A stretch of DNA of 64,000 bases. Origin: an uncultured archaeon (GTDB lineage Archaea; Asgardarchaeota; Thorarchaeia; Thorarchaeales; Thorarchaeaceae). Below are positions 37,270 through 45,915 of this stretch, one piece after another; within the stretch, counting starts at the first letter, position 1; the number at the start of each line of letters is the position of its first letter. The stretch is from assembly GCA_964558645.1 (NCBI GenBank), contig CAZLEV010000001.1:93568-157567 (forward strand). Reading direction: 5' to 3'. Made by a program: the position numbers and the translations under genes. The notes beneath the pieces are model-generated. The model did not search any database, had not been told where the DNA came from, and saw only the letters and a program-made list of their open reading frames with translations.

Positions 37270-40068
37270 ATGACTACACAAGAATGGTACCGCAATGACG
37301 TTGACTTTGTCCTTGACGAACTTGAAACCTCTCCTAAAGGGCTGACAACAACAGAGGCCGACAAGAGGCTCGAGAAGTATGGCTACAATGAGCTCACAGA
37401 AGTTGGGAAGATATCTCCTCTTCGGATGTTCTTGGAGCAATTCACTGACCCAATGGTCATCATCCTTCTCATAGCAATTGCCATTTCTCTCGTGGTTGCC
37501 TTTGCAGGTGATCATGGAGAGGGCGGAATCATTGATGCGATCATGATTTCAGTGATTGTCGTCTTCAATGCAGTCTTCGGTTTTGCTCAGGAGTACCGGT
37601 CCGAAAAGGCCCTCGAAGCTCTCAAGAAGCTGGCGGCACCAAAGGCAAGAGTTCTTCGTAATGACTTGTGGGTGGAAATAGACTCCCGGTACGTGGTTCC
37701 AGGAGATATAATCGGCCTGGATCCGGGTGATATTGTTCCAGCCGATGGGCGCATCAATCAGGCTGTTGGCCTATCGGTTGACGAATCCATTCTTACCGGT
37801 GAGTCGGTAGCAGTCCGGAAGATATGTGAACCGCTAGATTTGGAGAATCCCACTGTGGGAGATATGAGAAATACGGTCTTTCAAGGTACTACTATCGCTG
37901 CAGGCAAAGGTACCGCTGTCGTGACTGAAACCGGAATGAACACACAATTCGGAGAGATAGCTGGGCTCGTTCAAGAGAGTCAGAAGGAAATGACTCCCCT
38001 TCAACACGATTTGGCCGACCTTGGTAAGAAACTTGGCCTGCTCATCACTTTCCTCTGTGTCATAATCTTTGCGGCAGAGGTCTACCAGGATATCACTGAG
38101 AGTATCATAGAGGCACTCTTTGCAGCCATCGCTTTGGCTGTATCAGCTGTACCAGAAGGACTTCCCGCAGTTGTCACCATCACCCTCGCAATTGGTGTTC
38201 AGCGAATGGTTGAGAAGAATGCCATCGTCCGTAGACTCCCTTCAGTTGAAACCCTGGGGTCAACCACAGTGATATGCTCAGACAAGACGGGTACCATTAC
38301 TCGGAACGAGATGACGGTGCAGGAGTTGTACGTAGACGGTTCCAGGATAAGAGTGACTGGCTCAGGTTATGATGATGAGGGTAGTTTCTTCCGCGACGGC
38401 CAAGAGATCGACCCAACCACCGATTCTCATCTTGAGAAGCTGTTGGTTATAGGCCAGTTATGCTCGAATTCTCTTCTCCAGGATGATCCTTCTGGTGCTG
38501 CCAAGTGGACTATTGTTGGAGATCCAACTGAGGGCGCACTTCTGGTTGCAGCTGAGAAGGGAGGTTTCAGGTATGAAGAAACCTGGGAGAAATATGAGGA
38601 GATAACTGAGATCTCTTTCGATTCTGCTCGAAAGCGTATGACCTCCATATGCAAAGACCAGAATGGCGATCTCGCTGCCTACACGAAAGGGGCACCAGAG
38701 ATTGTCCTGGCCCTCTGTACCCACCTGCTGGATGATGGTGAAGTACGACCCCTGACGGACTCAAAGCGTGACGAGATTCTCAATGTGAATGCAGAGCTCG
38801 CTAGTAACGCTCTTCGCGTTCTGGCTATGGCCTATCGTCCACTGGAATCTGCTCTTCCAGATTGGGATCCAGAGATGGTGGAACAGAACCTCATATTCGT
38901 TGGACTGTCAGCAATGATTGATCCTCCTCGCGATGAAGTGTCTGAGGCCATCAAGATATGCGTCAATGCTGGCATTCGTCCCATCATGATAACCGGGGAC
39001 CATAGGTTGACCGCCCGTGCAATCGCTATCGAGGTCGGCTTGATATCAGGTGAGGGCACTGTCATTACTGGTGCCCAGATTGACGAGATGACAGATGATG
39101 AGTTCTTTGATGCAGTCCATGATGTGGATGTTTTCGCCAGAGTCGCTCCAGGGCATAAGCTTCGAATCGTTAATGCACTGAAGGAGCAGAATCAGGTTGT
39201 GGCCATGACCGGTGATGGGGTCAATGATGCTCCAGCTGTCAAGAATGCCAACGTGGGAGTATCTATGGGCATCCGAGGGTCCGACGTAACTCGAGAATCC
39301 TCCGACATAATACTCACCGATGACAATTTTGCGACAATAGTCACCGCAGTTGAGAAAGGTCGCGAGATCTACGAAAACATCCGGAAGTTCGTGAGATTCT
39401 TGTTGGCTGCCAACTTCAGTGAGATCTATCTAATCTTCACCATGATTATGATAGGGCTTCCTCTTCCCATAACGGCAATTCAGATTCTATGGATCAACCT
39501 TGCCACTGATGGCTTTCCTGCTCTTGCACTAGGAGTCGATCCCCCGGAGCCAGGCCTGATGGAGCGAGGTCCACGAAAACCCGGTTCAAGGATGATGAAC
39601 AAGGGACTTGCAGCTTTCATATTGATTGGAGGCTTTGTGCAGTTCATAGCTGGATCTCTCCTATTCCTTGGCTCATTGCTTGAATACGGAGGCTGGATTC
39701 CGGGTATCACCGGCCCGATGGTCGATTGGAGTGCCGCTCCTTGGGACTTTGCTCTCACGCACGCTCGGACAGTAGTTTTCGTATCCATCGTCGTATACGA
39801 GCTGCTGTTTGTCTGGAACTGCAGAACTGAATACGCCCCAGTGTGGAAAACCAACGTCACTAACTCAAAGGCACTTGCAGGCACTGTATTGCTCTCAGTT
39901 GTCTTGACCCTGATAGTACTCTATGTGCCATTCATCGCACCACTCTTCGGTGCGGTGCCGCTTAGTGCGCTGGATTGGCTCATCATCTTTGTGAGCTGTC
40001 TGCCAGCATTGTTGATTCCTCCCCACAAGATATTCGGCTACTTCAGGGAACGCGAAGAGAAAGACTAG
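37270..40068 (+). CDS. P-type cation-transporting ATPase (P2A, Ca2+-type)
   Basis: TGES, VPEGLP, DKTGT, KGAPE, TGDGVNDAP, WINLATDG; start moved to ATG 37270. Confidence 0.95.
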   Translation: MTTQEWYRNDVDFVLDELETSPKGLTTTEADKRLEKYGYNELTEVGKISPLRMFLEQFTDPMVIILLIAIAISLVVAFAGDHGEGGIIDAIMISVIVVFNAVFGFAQEYRSEKALEALKKLAAPKARVLRNDLWVEIDSRYVVPGDIIGLDPGDIVPADGRINQAVGLSVDESILTGESVAVRKICEPLDLENPTVGDMRNTVFQGTTIAAGKGTAVVTETGMNTQFGEIAGLVQESQKEMTPLQHDLADLGKKLGLLITFLCVIIFAAEVYQDITESIIEALFAAIALAVSAVPEGLPAVVTITLAIGVQRMVEKNAIVRRLPSVETLGSTTVICSDKTGTITRNEMTVQELYVDGSRIRVTGSGYDDEGSFFRDGQEIDPTTDSHLEKLLVIGQLCSNSLLQDDPSGAAKWTIVGDPTEGALLVAAEKGGFRYEETWEKYEEITEISFDSARKRMTSICKDQNGDLAAYTKGAPEIVLALCTHLLDDGEVRPLTDSKRDEILNVNAELASNALRVLAMAYRPLESALPDWDPEMVEQNLIFVGLSAMIDPPRDEVSEAIKICVNAGIRPIMITGDHRLTARAIAIEVGLISGEGTVITGAQIDEMTDDEFFDAVHDVDVFARVAPGHKLRIVNALKEQNQVVAMTGDGVNDAPAVKNANVGVSMGIRGSDVTRESSDIILTDDNFATIVTAVEKGREIYENIRKFVRFLLAANFSEIYLIFTMIMIGLPLPITAIQILWINLATDGFPALALGVDPPEPGLMERGPRKPGSRMMNKGLAAFILIGGFVQFIAGSLLFLGSLLEYGGWIPGITGPMVDWSAAPWDFALTHARTVVFVSIVVYELLFVWNCRTEYAPVWKTNVTNSKALAGTVLLSVVLTLIVLYVPFIAPLFGAVPLSALDWLIIFVSCLPALLIPPHKIFGYFREREEKD

Positions 40069-40907
40069 GTTGGGAGTCTGCCTTCCAACCAAGTCTCCAT
40101 ATCTCCCAGGACTAGTGCCTTCTGAGGTTCACTATGTAGCTCGTGATAGAGTCCCTCATAGAAGAGCCAAGTCTTATCCTCAGAGGCCAAGCTCTCGAAG
40201 AACTCCCGAGTCTTGTCAGGGTCGACGAGTCTGTCGTCACCAGCCTGTTGGACGAGGACTGGTAATCGGATAAATGGTGCCAACTGATATGCTTCCTTTG
40301 CGGCCTTTAGACCCTCTATTCCGAATCTGGGGGTGACCTTGTCGAATCGCAGAGGATCGTTCTCATGTTCGGCAATGACTTTCGGGTCGTGACATGCCAC
40401 CTCGAAATCGATTTCGTTCTCGAAGTATCGCTTTATGTTCAGGACAGAGAGTATTGACCCTGCGATTCTCTTACCGGTGCCGATGTCCAGGGTTTCTGAT
40501 ACGGCCGGGCACGACAGCATGATGCCGTCAGTTTCGAGCGGATATTCTGCCACATACCTGATAACATGCTGCCCTCCCAGCGAGTGGCCAAAGAGGAAGG
40601 TGAGTTTGTTGATGAATCGATCTTTCACTTGCATTACGATGTTGTGCATGTCTTCGACATATTCATCGAAGTCCATCACGTGTCCCTTGAGGCCGGAGAA
40701 GTGTCCAAAGCCTCTCATGTCTGGTGCGAAGACTCCCAGTCCCCTCTCTGCGAAGTACTCGCCAATGTTCTTCAGGGTCGATCCATGACTTCCAAGTCCA
40801 TGAATGGCAATGAGTAGTGCTCTGACGCGCTCATCATCCGGTAGCCACGTTGCCATGAACATCTTTGTTCCGTCATAGCCGATATACTCGCTTTCGTTAA
40901 ACTTCAT
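40065..40907 (-). CDS. Alpha/beta hydrolase (lysophospholipase/monoacylglycerol lipase-like)
   Basis: HGLGSH, DMRGFG, GHSLGG nucleophile elbow, D-RLV, YHE. Confidence 0.92.
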   Translation of the reverse strand: MKFNESEYIGYDGTKMFMATWLPDDERVRALLIAIHGLGSHGSTLKNIGEYFAERGLGVFAPDMRGFGHFSGLKGHVMDFDEYVEDMHNIVMQVKDRFINKLTFLFGHSLGGQHVIRYVAEYPLETDGIMLSCPAVSETLDIGTGKRIAGSILSVLNIKRYFENEIDFEVACHDPKVIAEHENDPLRFDKVTPRFGIEGLKAAKEAYQLAPFIRLPVLVQQAGDDRLVDPDKTREFFESLASEDKTWLFYEGLYHELHSEPQKALVLGDMETWLEGRLPT

Positions 40908-41037
40908 ACTACCATCAGGATACCTTACACAAAACGGATATTAATCTCTTCCAGAGAATCACGGCCTCTGGTTTGATCTCAAATAGTGACAAAGAATAGA
41001 AGAGAAGGACCACGTCAGTCATGGTCCTCCGATTTAT

Positions 41038-41919
41038 CTAGAACCTCATGGGCTCAGGCTTGTTGCCTGTGTAGTCATAGAAGCCCTTGCCGGCCTTTCT
41101 ACCAACCCACCCGGCCCTGACCATTTTTCTGAGCAGTGCGGGTGCGCGGTACTTCCCGTCCTTGAACTCCTCGACGAAATAGTCTGAGATATAGAGGAGG
41201 GTATCGAGACCAACAAAGTCTGCCAGCGTGAGCGGCCCCATGGGCCAGTTAAGACCTAGTTTGATAGCTAGGTCCATGTCTTCAACAGTAGCTACTCCTT
41301 CTTGGATGGCAAATATTGCCTCATTGATTGCGGGAACAAGAAGTCGGTTTACGGCAAACCCGGGTGCCTCGTTAACAAGTACAGTTTCTTTACCGATCTT
41401 CTTAGAGATCTCCTCAATCACCTTGACTGTTTCGTTGTCGGTTGCGGCGCCCTTGATAATCTCTACGAGCCCCATGACGGGTACTGGATTGAAGAAGTGC
41501 ATACCGATGAACTTCTCAGGTCTCTGTGTGACCGCTGCCATTTGTGTGATGCTGATGCTTGACGTGTTCGATGCGAAGATCGCATCCTTCGGAGCTAGTT
41601 CCTCCACCTCTCTCCATGTATCGAGTTTGAGCTTCACTATTTCGGGAATGGCCTCAATAACGAGGTCTGCATCTTTGACTGCTTTCTCAAGGTCGAGCAC
41701 ACCCTCAATTCTTCCCAGAGTAGCATCAACCTCCTCCTGAGTTATCCTGTCCTTCTTCAGACCTCTCTCCAAGTTCTTCTTGATGGTTTCGAGGCCTTTA
41801 TCGATGAATCTCTGCTCAATATCTCTCATCTTAACTTGATAGCCTGCTTGAGCACAGACATGGGCGATTCCATTGCCCATCTGTCCTGCTCCCAGCACTG
41901 CGATTCTCTTTACATCCAT
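41038..41919 (-). CDS. hbd: 3-hydroxybutyryl-/3-hydroxyacyl-CoA dehydrogenase
   Basis: GAGQMGNGIA, SNTSS, GMHFFNP, PMGPL; GGAGG SD before ATG 41919. Confidence 0.93.
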   Translation of the reverse strand: MDVKRIAVLGAGQMGNGIAHVCAQAGYQVKMRDIEQRFIDKGLETIKKNLERGLKKDRITQEEVDATLGRIEGVLDLEKAVKDADLVIEAIPEIVKLKLDTWREVEELAPKDAIFASNTSSISITQMAAVTQRPEKFIGMHFFNPVPVMGLVEIIKGAATDNETVKVIEEISKKIGKETVLVNEAPGFAVNRLLVPAINEAIFAIQEGVATVEDMDLAIKLGLNWPMGPLTLADFVGLDTLLYISDYFVEEFKDGKYRAPALLRKMVRAGWVGRKAGKGFYDYTGNKPEPMRF

Positions 41920-42092
41920 TGTGTGTTCCTCCAACTCATTGGTTGACTACATGTTGTCCGTTACGAGGGCCATAATATTTCTGTCTGTAGTCATGTTTTC
42001 TTTGAAATGGTATACATTTCAGTTTATGCAAGAAAACTTACGCCTACAAACATTTTGTTAAAAGCACTTAAATTAAAAGAACGGTTGGCATG

Positions 42093-42106
42093 GCAAACCT
42101 TTATAT
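42093..42106 (+). promoter_or_regulatory. Strong archaeal BRE/TATA promoter
   Basis: GCAAACCTTTATAT inside an AT-rich tract; implies a start site near 42123-42128. Confidence 0.65.
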
Positions 42107-42122
42107 GATTTCATTCTGTGGT

Positions 42123-42454
42123 GTGGGTGGCGCTCAATAGGTCAGGTCAATAGGCTGCGGTCGCAAGACCGTTCCTTCTGGCCGAAAACATAGATCTCTC
42201 ATCTCCTATAGTGCCAACGGGACCTCGCGTGCCGCTGGCACTCACGCAGGAGCAAATGGTCACATAATGTGACCCTATGATGCGACCCTGAAGTGTGGCT
42301 TCGCGTTATATAGTAGAGATGTCACTGAAAAGCCGGAGAAGTTCCAATGAGTCGGCACCAATCCCCGATGCACATAGCGTGTGGTCAGGAAGTGGTCAGG
42401 CAGTGTCCATTGAAGTGGTCACTTTCGCCCACCAATAGCATATGGCCTGACCAC
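42123..42454 (+). ncRNA. Unidentified large structured RNA or leader upstream of an MFS transporter
   Basis: No ORF of 60 aa or more. Helices: GCGGTC-GCAA-GACCGT, GTGCCA/TGGCAC, GGTCACA/TGTGACC, CATCTC-CTATA/TATAG-GAGATG, GTGGTCAGGC/GCCTGACCAC; also 5'-3' long-range complementarity. Confidence 0.6.
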
Positions 42455-42471
42455 CTATACGTCAAGATGAG

Positions 42472-43923
42472 ATGAACATCATGAGCAGGATTGTTGAGTT
42501 CTTTGGTCTGACTGACGGGAATGAGAAGGTACTGAGTCTAGCAAGGACTCTTGCAGTGTTGTTTCCCGTCGTGGCTCTGACAATCCAGCTGTCAACCACC
42601 TTCTTCATGATATTTGTTGCTGAGGCTGTGGGGCACGGTTCGTTCATCGAAGGTATGACGGTAGTAGGAGTTCTTGTAGTGATTCAGATGGCTGTTCAGA
42701 CCCTCTTGGACTATCCTACTGGAGCCATTGGGGATTGGATTGGTCAACGCTACATCATCACAGCAGCCTTCCTATCATTTTCGGCTGCCTTCCTGACGGT
42801 GTCATTTGTGGATTCCACGACCCCGATATACTTGCTGATACTCGTGTACGTACTACTTGGTTTTGCCACCTCACAGCTGAGTGGGGCATTCAATGCCTGG
42901 TTTGATAACAACTATCGAGTGGCGATGCCTGGAGACGGAGATCGGAAACAATATGGTGTCTTCATGGGCAAGATTGGCATGCTGTTCAGCCTGATAGGAA
43001 CGCTGTGCATGATTCCCGGCAGTATTCTAGCAGTCATTTTTGGACGTGCGTGGGTCTTTCAGCTCCAGGCCCTCATGTGTGCGGGCATCGCCCTAATCGT
43101 TATGCGGGTAGTCAGAGACTTTCCGGAAGTTGAAGAGGCAAGAGAGGCTCGACCCAGTCTTGGTCAATATACCTCTCTCCTGAAAGAGGGGATTGGTTTT
43201 CTCTTTAGTGATAGTTTTGTCACCTACCTCTTGCTAGGAGGATGCATTGTCATGAGCGTGGGTCTTGTCTGGGGTGAACTGCTCCTCTTTCCGATGTATT
43301 TCAGCTATCTTGTTGCCGAGGTCGCGGTTTCCAGCTTCAGGACTATCCTGTTCATTCCTGGGATATTCTGGCAAGAGCGTTCTGGTGTCTGGGCCAAGCG
43401 ATTTGAACCCGAGAAATGGATCCCACGTTTCAGATTGCTCCAGGGCACAGGCTTTGTCTTCTATCTGGCCTTTGCCGCCATCATGTACCTCTTTCCTCCA
43501 GCTGCCGGAGGTGCAATGATTGCCCTTTCAGTTCCTCTCACGCAGATTACACTTCTTGAGATTCCTGTCTCATCTATTCTTCCGATAACCCTTATGGCGA
43601 CGACCTTCACATTGACAGGAGTCTTTGGTGGGCTCTCACAGATTCTCACACAGCGAGTTCTCTTGGATGTGGTGCCGAACCGGATAAGGAATAGCATATA
43701 CTCTCTCTCTCCGACTATAGCCACAATCATAGCCATCCCTCAGATTGCAGTCTTTGGATGGCTCATTCCTCTTGCCGGATTCCCACTGACAATGGCATCC
43801 TGTGGACTGATCTCTCTCTTCGGGGTACTGATGATTCGAAAGGGTCTCAGCTACCCCAAGCCCACCCCCTCAGATGAGAGGGGTGAGGTTGTCACTATCC
43901 CTCCAACTGTCCCAGCTGAGTAG
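42472..43923 (+). CDS. MFS transporter
   Basis: ~12 TM helices; motif A variant DYPTGAIGDWIGQR. Confidence 0.85.
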   Translation: MNIMSRIVEFFGLTDGNEKVLSLARTLAVLFPVVALTIQLSTTFFMIFVAEAVGHGSFIEGMTVVGVLVVIQMAVQTLLDYPTGAIGDWIGQRYIITAAFLSFSAAFLTVSFVDSTTPIYLLILVYVLLGFATSQLSGAFNAWFDNNYRVAMPGDGDRKQYGVFMGKIGMLFSLIGTLCMIPGSILAVIFGRAWVFQLQALMCAGIALIVMRVVRDFPEVEEAREARPSLGQYTSLLKEGIGFLFSDSFVTYLLLGGCIVMSVGLVWGELLLFPMYFSYLVAEVAVSSFRTILFIPGIFWQERSGVWAKRFEPEKWIPRFRLLQGTGFVFYLAFAAIMYLFPPAAGGAMIALSVPLTQITLLEIPVSSILPITLMATTFTLTGVFGGLSQILTQRVLLDVVPNRIRNSIYSLSPTIATIIAIPQIAVFGWLIPLAGFPLTMASCGLISLFGVLMIRKGLSYPKPTPSDERGEVVTIPPTVPAE

Positions 43924-44067
43924 CTTTCTAGGCTGTCCTGCTCGAATGGGAGAGTATGTGTGCAACAAGGTTATTACGCAAGTTTTCATGAACCTGCATA
44001 GGTGTTACATTTGGCAGATAGACCAGTTTTCCTCACTGTTTCATACGGTGACTCAGGGCTCTCCACT

Positions 44068-44724
44068 ATGAAACATGAGCAGAAGATGATTCGAGAAGAT
44101 GACGTGAAATTTGATGGTGAAGACGGTATTCTAGAATGCACGGATGTGCGTCTTGTCTGGTACAAGAAACCGAGCCGATGGGGCGGTGTGAAAAAGTTCG
44201 GCGGTCTTGCTGGTGCAATAGCTGGGGCGGCCATTCTTGATGGAGTGGGTCGACAGATGGGTGGAATAGGCGGTCGGGCCGTCCGAGGAATAGGTCGCGG
44301 TATTGGTTATGCTGCCGTCGGAACGGCAATATCCTCCTGGACTCGCGACAGCTTCTACAATAAGGATAAAGATGGCAATACGGAGTCCATCGCCCTTCCT
44401 ATGATTGCCATTTCAAACATCGCACAGAGCGGCAAGAACCTAGTTGTCGAACTGAAATCTGGTGGCAACATGATATTCGAGTTCAAGCAGAAGAAAGTGA
44501 TTCCTAGCGTCCTTGCTAATGTCAAGCAAGCTCAGAACCAAGGCAAGTGCCCATTCTGCGGTGCGAATGCAGGAAACGCGGCAAAGTGCCCCAATTGCGG
44601 AGCTCCCATTGAAGGGAGCGGCGGAGGCGGAGCACCATCTGCGGGTGGGAAGTTCTGCACAAACTGCGGACAAGGAGTTCCTGCCGACGCCAAGTTCTGT
44701 GGCAAGTGTGGAAGCCCAGTCTAG
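44068..44724 (+). CDS. PH-like domain protein with a Gly-rich insert and C-terminal double zinc ribbons
   Basis: GILECTDVRLVW; Gly-zipper segment; CPFCG...CPNCG and CTNCG...CGKCG. Confidence 0.8.
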   Translation: MKHEQKMIREDDVKFDGEDGILECTDVRLVWYKKPSRWGGVKKFGGLAGAIAGAAILDGVGRQMGGIGGRAVRGIGRGIGYAAVGTAISSWTRDSFYNKDKDGNTESIALPMIAISNIAQSGKNLVVELKSGGNMIFEFKQKKVIPSVLANVKQAQNQGKCPFCGANAGNAAKCPNCGAPIEGSGGGGAPSAGGKFCTNCGQGVPADAKFCGKCGSPV

Positions 44725-44864
44725 ACCTAGACTTCACTCGAGCTATCTCGCTGTGCATGGTGTATGGCTAGACTGGCCTGTCTGGCTAGCACCTCTCTTA
44801 TATCCTGCTTGTCTTGTATGCCGTCCTAGATATGCATCATAGTGTCGGATATGATGACAATGAT

Positions 44865-45617
44865 TCATCGGAAGAGATCTTCCTCTGCAGGGCGGGTGAT
44901 TTCTCTTGCCTTCTCATTTCCTGGGGCGTAGCGATACCCTCTGACGATTGCTGCAGGGATTCCCTCTGCGTCCTGTCCCATGACCGGTTCCGCAGCAGAG
45001 GCAACTTCATCTGCTTGGCACACCATGGATCGTTCTAAGACCCGCCCAAATAGGTCCATCTTGCCCCTGTTATGTTTGAATGCGTTCAGCCCATCCGCTC
45101 CTATGGCAACGCCCACTGATCCCCTCCTCCAAGGTCTTCCCTGTGAATCCGAAATGACAACAGCTACATCTATCCCAAGAAGACTTCTGATTCTATTCCT
45201 TATTGACCGTGCACTTAGGTCTGGGTTCTCTGGGAGCAATACGTACGATTCTTGTTCTGTGTTGGATTTGTCTACTCCACTGAAGTTGCAGACCTGGCCG
45301 TTCTTCGTTTCAGTGATCAGAACTCGTTCGGCCCGGATGATGTTTCTGCTCTCTCTCAGAGCCAGCTCGACCTGGACTGGGTCGAAGCTGTTCCTCTGGG
45401 CGATTTGTGCGGCTCTATCAGAGACTTCAACATCAGATGACTTGATGATACGGCCTTCTGCCTTGGACACTATCTTCTGGGCTACCACCAGTACATCTCC
45501 CTCTTGAATCATCATGCGGCTCTCTCTCATTGCGTTCACAAGCAGTTCTGCGATGTTGTCTCCAGGTTGGATCATGGGTACACCTTGTACCCCAATAACG
45601 CGAACTATTCCTGACAC
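44865..45617 (-). CDS. cofE: Coenzyme F420-0:L-glutamate ligase
   Basis: AQKIVSKAEGR, SGVDKSN, LPENPD, DSQGRPWRRG, DLFGRVL, C-terminal DLFR. Confidence 0.95.
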   Translation of the reverse strand: MSGIVRVIGVQGVPMIQPGDNIAELLVNAMRESRMMIQEGDVLVVAQKIVSKAEGRIIKSSDVEVSDRAAQIAQRNSFDPVQVELALRESRNIIRAERVLITETKNGQVCNFSGVDKSNTEQESYVLLPENPDLSARSIRNRIRSLLGIDVAVVISDSQGRPWRRGSVGVAIGADGLNAFKHNRGKMDLFGRVLERSMVCQADEVASAAEPVMGQDAEGIPAAIVRGYRYAPGNEKAREITRPAEEDLFR

Positions 45618-45915
45618 AGATAGAACATCCTGGGCGCACGCTAGTATTATCTACAACGAATATCCTCTTATATGCACGCTTAGAACACGTGTACTAAGTC
45701 GAAATGAAACCGCAATAGAACGGATATGAGCATGACCCGGAAGGAGGCCGTGGTGCTTCATGGCTTCCACGGGAAAACAATAAATGCAGAGTGCGTGAGC
45801 TCAAAGTAGTTGGCTCGTATGCGACCATCTAGATTGTGGTCTGTTGCAGGTAATGAAGGGCGATGAATCCATAGCCTGCAACCAATGCAATAATCGTAAA
45901 GATGGAGTGGATCAA

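Noticed and set aside
42381-42421. GTGGTCA(GG) repeats as a mini-CRISPR
   Set aside because: Repeats are only 7-9 nt with 2-14 nt spacing, and there are no cas genes in the window.
42123-42454. SRP RNA, RNase P RNA, group I/II intron or cobalamin riboswitch as the identity of the structured RNA
   Set aside because: The size fits SRP or RNase P, but I found no SRP helix-8 motif (CAGG-stem-GGAA-stem-AGCA), no RNase P GAGGAAAGUCC core, no group II domain V and no complete B12 box on either strand. A covariance search is still needed.
44725-44864. Small gene (e.g. a ribosomal protein) between the zinc-ribbon gene and cofE
   Set aside because: Manual reading of the frames gave no recognisable product or ribosome-binding site.
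45744-45768. GGAGGCCGTG/CATGGCTTCC hairpin upstream of top6B
   Set aside because: A single isolated hairpin with several G-U pairs; not enough to call a feature.
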